Assembly (NCBI GenBank): GCA_011109175.1
Contig: RDEW01000059.1
Span: 202,012-266,011 of the forward strand
Source of the DNA: Dicyema japonicum
Lineage: Eukaryota; Animalia; Dicyemida
Reading direction: 5' to 3'
Length of the DNA stretch: 64,000 bases
A program made the translations under genes and the position numbers. Position 1 is the first letter of the stretch. Each line of letters starts with the position of its first letter. The notes under the pieces are model-generated. The model was given only the letters and a program-made list of their open reading frames with translations. It made no database searches and was not told the origin of the DNA. Positions 60,736 to 64,000 of this stretch are shown piece by piece.

Positions 60736-61424
60736 TAGATTCTAACAGGCATTCGTCAATTTCGAAAATATTATCATCCATGAAATGTTTGCGTGAAATA
60801 ATAATATTAAAGATAAGCTAAGCTTGTTAATCAGACATTTGTGTCCCTGAGTTTCCAGGAGTAGATAACTATCTAATCCTCCTTGGAGATGTTGAAAAAA
60901 TCTATAGACTTGGTGCTCAGGTCACTCTACCTCTCACCAACTTCAAAGTTTTCTTTACGATAGCGTTACTCTTATTGTAGTTAATGACATTATTGCAATG
61001 TTATAGTTCGATTTAGTCACTTTAAATAGATGAGTACTCATCAAACTATAAAATGAAAAATGGACTCGTACATCTTATCCATCAAGAGTGATACAAACGT
61101 TAAAGTTTGTGAGGATTTCATATCTTTGGCCTCAAATTCAATGAAAAGAGATATGTTGTCAGTTGTAGAAGCGATTGATGTTGCACATTCCGGAATTTGG
61201 AAGTAGTAATTATTATATTTGCTCAACTTTTTGATGTCGTAAAGAGGAACTTACCTCACTATATGAGGAGGAAGACTTCATGGAGGATGTGAAGAGCCTA
61301 GATTATTTCGCAATTTAAAACTGAGGCTACGTCGCTTGCTTTAATGTTGCTATCGGAGGGGAGAGGATTTCGTGTGATGGTTGGGAAGACCTCCACCAAG
61401 GTGTTTCAGATGTTAGTTATGAGT

Positions 61425-61680
61425 GAAAACGTGGACACTCTTGTTTCTCATGAGGCTTTTTTACCTCTACTAGAATATCTAGTCCTTAAATCAGAGATCG
61501 AGAACTATCAGAGATCGAGAAGGGCTCTTAAAAGAGGATATCCATGAAGGGTCATACTATAACTCATGAAAATTTCGAGCGTCTCCTCAGCTAGGTGGAT
61601 CTAATGACGGCATTAAGAGGAAGAAAAACATTATTGATCAACTAGCTACATAGCACAACATGGCTCCACGTGGAGTTATT
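61425..61680 (+). repeat. Probable RLE 3' end; inverted-duplicate partner of 55705-55945
   Basis: Ends GIKRKKNIIDQL*, similar to KRKKKITDDL at 23.1 kb. Confidence 0.6.
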
Positions 61681-61687
61681 TGATTAT

Positions 61688-63190
61688 TTTATTTGTTTAA
61701 CACCCAAGATCACGGTAAAACCAAAACTAACTATCACGTGATCCCGATGCGTTCGCCAAAATCCTCATTCTCCCAATGTCATCCCTCGTACCCACACAAG
61801 CTCGTACTGGACGGCTGACTGTATTTGCAGGGCCACCTTCCCGCATGCCGGAGTTTCGTTTAATGAGGCCTCCAAAGTAGTCGGTCCGGTTCTGTGTCTC
61901 CCACAAGACCACCGCTCCGTCATTCTGATAGCCTTCTTTTGAACGTCCTCGATTTTCTTAGTGTTTGTCCATGATAATGAAGGTCTCCACGAAGCAAACG
62001 CGTACGAGAAGCATGGTTCGATGTATTGTTTGCAAATGTTCATCAAGACTGAGTGGGTACCTGTCTTCCATATTCCAGATAAACATTTTAATACATTGAT
62101 CCTCTTCTCGCACTACAGAACAATGTTTGCCACGTGTGGTGACAATCATAAGTGTGTATCCAGTGTCACGCCCAGGATCTTCTGACATTTGGTAAAAGGG
62201 ATTTCAGCATTGTCCAATTTTAACTTGACAGTCATCTTCCCCAACCTTTTGTCCGAAGTAAACATAGACGTGACCAACTTTCTGGAATTTATCGTGAGTC
62301 GGTTCTTCATTACCCAGGCGTTGAGTCGGTTTAGGTTAATTTGTAATCTTTTTGTAGCATTTTGGATATCCCGATCACGCGAGGCCAAAACAATGTCGTC
62401 CGCATATGTAAGTAGAACATCGTTATTGGATTCCGGTATCGGGAGGTCTGCCAGGTATAAATTGAATAAGGCGGGGGATAAAGGAGATCCTTGGGTGACA
62501 TTTTTTGGAAGAAGACGCGAGACTGATTTCAGTCCTTCGAGGCATATACGTCTCCTTAAGAAATTTGTTATCCAAAGTTTAAGCTTCCCCGGGATCTCGG
62601 ACTGGAAAATTTTCTTTGATAATATTTTTCTCGAAATAGAATCAAAGGCCTTGTTAATATCAATGGAACATAAGACTGTTTTCAAATGCCTTGGTTTGTT
62701 TGAAAATCCATCTCTAATGAAGTTGGTTAATTTCTGTAGGTACGTTGATGTAGAACAATCCTTTTCTGGTAAGAAATCCTTGATTCTCCCAAGCACAAGC
62801 CTTTCCAGGATTTTCGATATGGAACATAACAATGACACAGGTCTAAATGATGCCGGATCTTCCTTAGGTTTTCCAGGTTTCAGTATAGGTCGGATGTTGG
62901 CTTGCTTCCATAACAACGGTATTACATTACAATTAATTGAATAGTTATACACCGACGTTAGAAAACGACTCCAATATCTCCAAGGTTCTTCAATACTAGA
63001 ATGTTGTTGTCGGTACCGGCAGAGTACGTTGTTCTTGTGAAACGCAGCGCATTCTTCAAGTCTTCATCCGAGAAGTAAACTGGGTTAGAATCCTTCTTCA
63101 GTTTTCTGCGTGAAGAGAGAAGCACTTCCGACTTGCTGTGTTGCACGAAATTTTTGTGTAGAGTTTTATCAAACTCTTGTTAACGTCTCA
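61688..63190 (-). mobile_element. 5'-truncated LINE family B with 7-bp target-site duplication TGATTAT
   Basis: RT ORF 62146-62952 (FRPVSLL, DINKAFDSI, QGSPLSPALFNLY, TYADDIV, ILGVTLD); TSD at 61681-61687 and 63191-63197. Confidence 0.93.
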
Positions 63191-63284
63191 TGATTATAAA
63201 AATAAAAATAAAAACTTAAAATAAAATTATAAATTATTTGAAGTATTAAACTAATTTCAGAATAAACTTTGACCCGAAACTACA

Positions 63285-64000
63285 ATGAATCCTAATTTTT
63301 TTATTATAACATCAATTTTAAGTGCCTTCATAGGAATTGTCGGCACTGTAATTTTGAAAGAACTTTATCAGCCAAAGGACGATTTACCACTGATTCCATT
63401 CATCAGGTAATAAGAAATACAAATTCTAGTGATTTGTACAGAAATCACACTGAAAGTTCATTTTTCTCACTTTTTATGAATTTGTCTTTCTCATTGAGTC
63501 ACCTTGTTAATGATTTTAGACATTCTGATTCTCTACATCCAATATGACATAATAAAGATTTATCTTGTGAAAAAACGGGAGAAAAACACCCTTAATTTAC
63601 TGAGTCTCATCTCTCCCAAATCTGTGCTATCGGCTTGTTAGTTACAGTTAATTTTGAAGTATTTCATTGTATGTTTTGTAGTTAAACGACAAAACTAAAA
63701 TCCATATGATTGGGGGAGGAATAGGATTTGGGTTTCTTGCAGTGTCTATGGGATTAATGGCCTTGAATTTATACAAACTACATCCCTATCATTTCTCAAA
63801 GTTTCATTGCAGATTGCAGGTTATATTAACCTCCTTCTTCGTTTTGGTCATTATTTCGTGTATTTCCGTTTTTTTTTATTTAGTCACTGTTTTTCGAGTT
63901 GTCGCGTTTTACACAAAGACAAATGTAATGCTATTTCATATTTTAGTTTCTTCTCAGTGTCACAGCTTTCTTCGAATGGTCGGCTTTTTTTATGATTATG
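63285..64000 (+). CDS. DRAM/TMEM150 family membrane protein, copy 2 (runs off the window end)
   Basis: Reverse complement of 54870-55620 at roughly 90-95% identity by eye; introns 63407-63429, 63498-63519 and 63659-63681; 1-nt deletion near 63615. Confidence 0.8.

Noticed and set aside
62189-62944. Long antisense ORFs (62189-62944, 35054-35437, 15695-15985, 7430-7720, 2684-3115)
   Set aside because: They are shadows of real coding frames on the opposite strand and have no recognisable motifs.

Overview
This is AT-rich (about one third GC by eye) eukaryotic nuclear DNA from a highly reduced animal, probably a parasite. Metazoan-type genes with 21-29 nt GT-AG introns suggest a myxozoan cnidarian or a dicyemid; this taxon call is inference only. 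Recognisable host genes: eag-type KCNH channel (runs off the left edge), a PDI-family protein lacking canonical CxxC sites, a Gq-like G-alpha, RABGEF1/Rabex-5, a GPI-type mucin with about 20 x 44-aa repeats, an intronless apolipoprotein-L-like ORF, Derlin-1, and an inverted pair of DRAM/TMEM150 genes. There are also about three unassigned genes. Most intergenic DNA is a patchwork of mobile-element remnants: APE-type LINEs, an RTE-like LINE, R4-like and CRE-like restriction-like-endonuclease (RLE) retroelements, a tRNA-derived SINE family, and hAT, pogo/Tigger and Tc1/IS630 DNA transposons. Several genes carry 1-nt deletions in homopolymers that look like long-read assembly errors, so exon boundaries and pseudogene calls are provisional. 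I cannot demonstrate a complete new multi-gene system. The strongest leads are (i) introns apparently capped near 30 nt and TE-free in a TE-saturated landscape, (ii) roughly five-fold excess of the palindrome CACGTG, (iii) the ApoL-like gene, (iv) young R4-like retroelements, and (v) the mucin.
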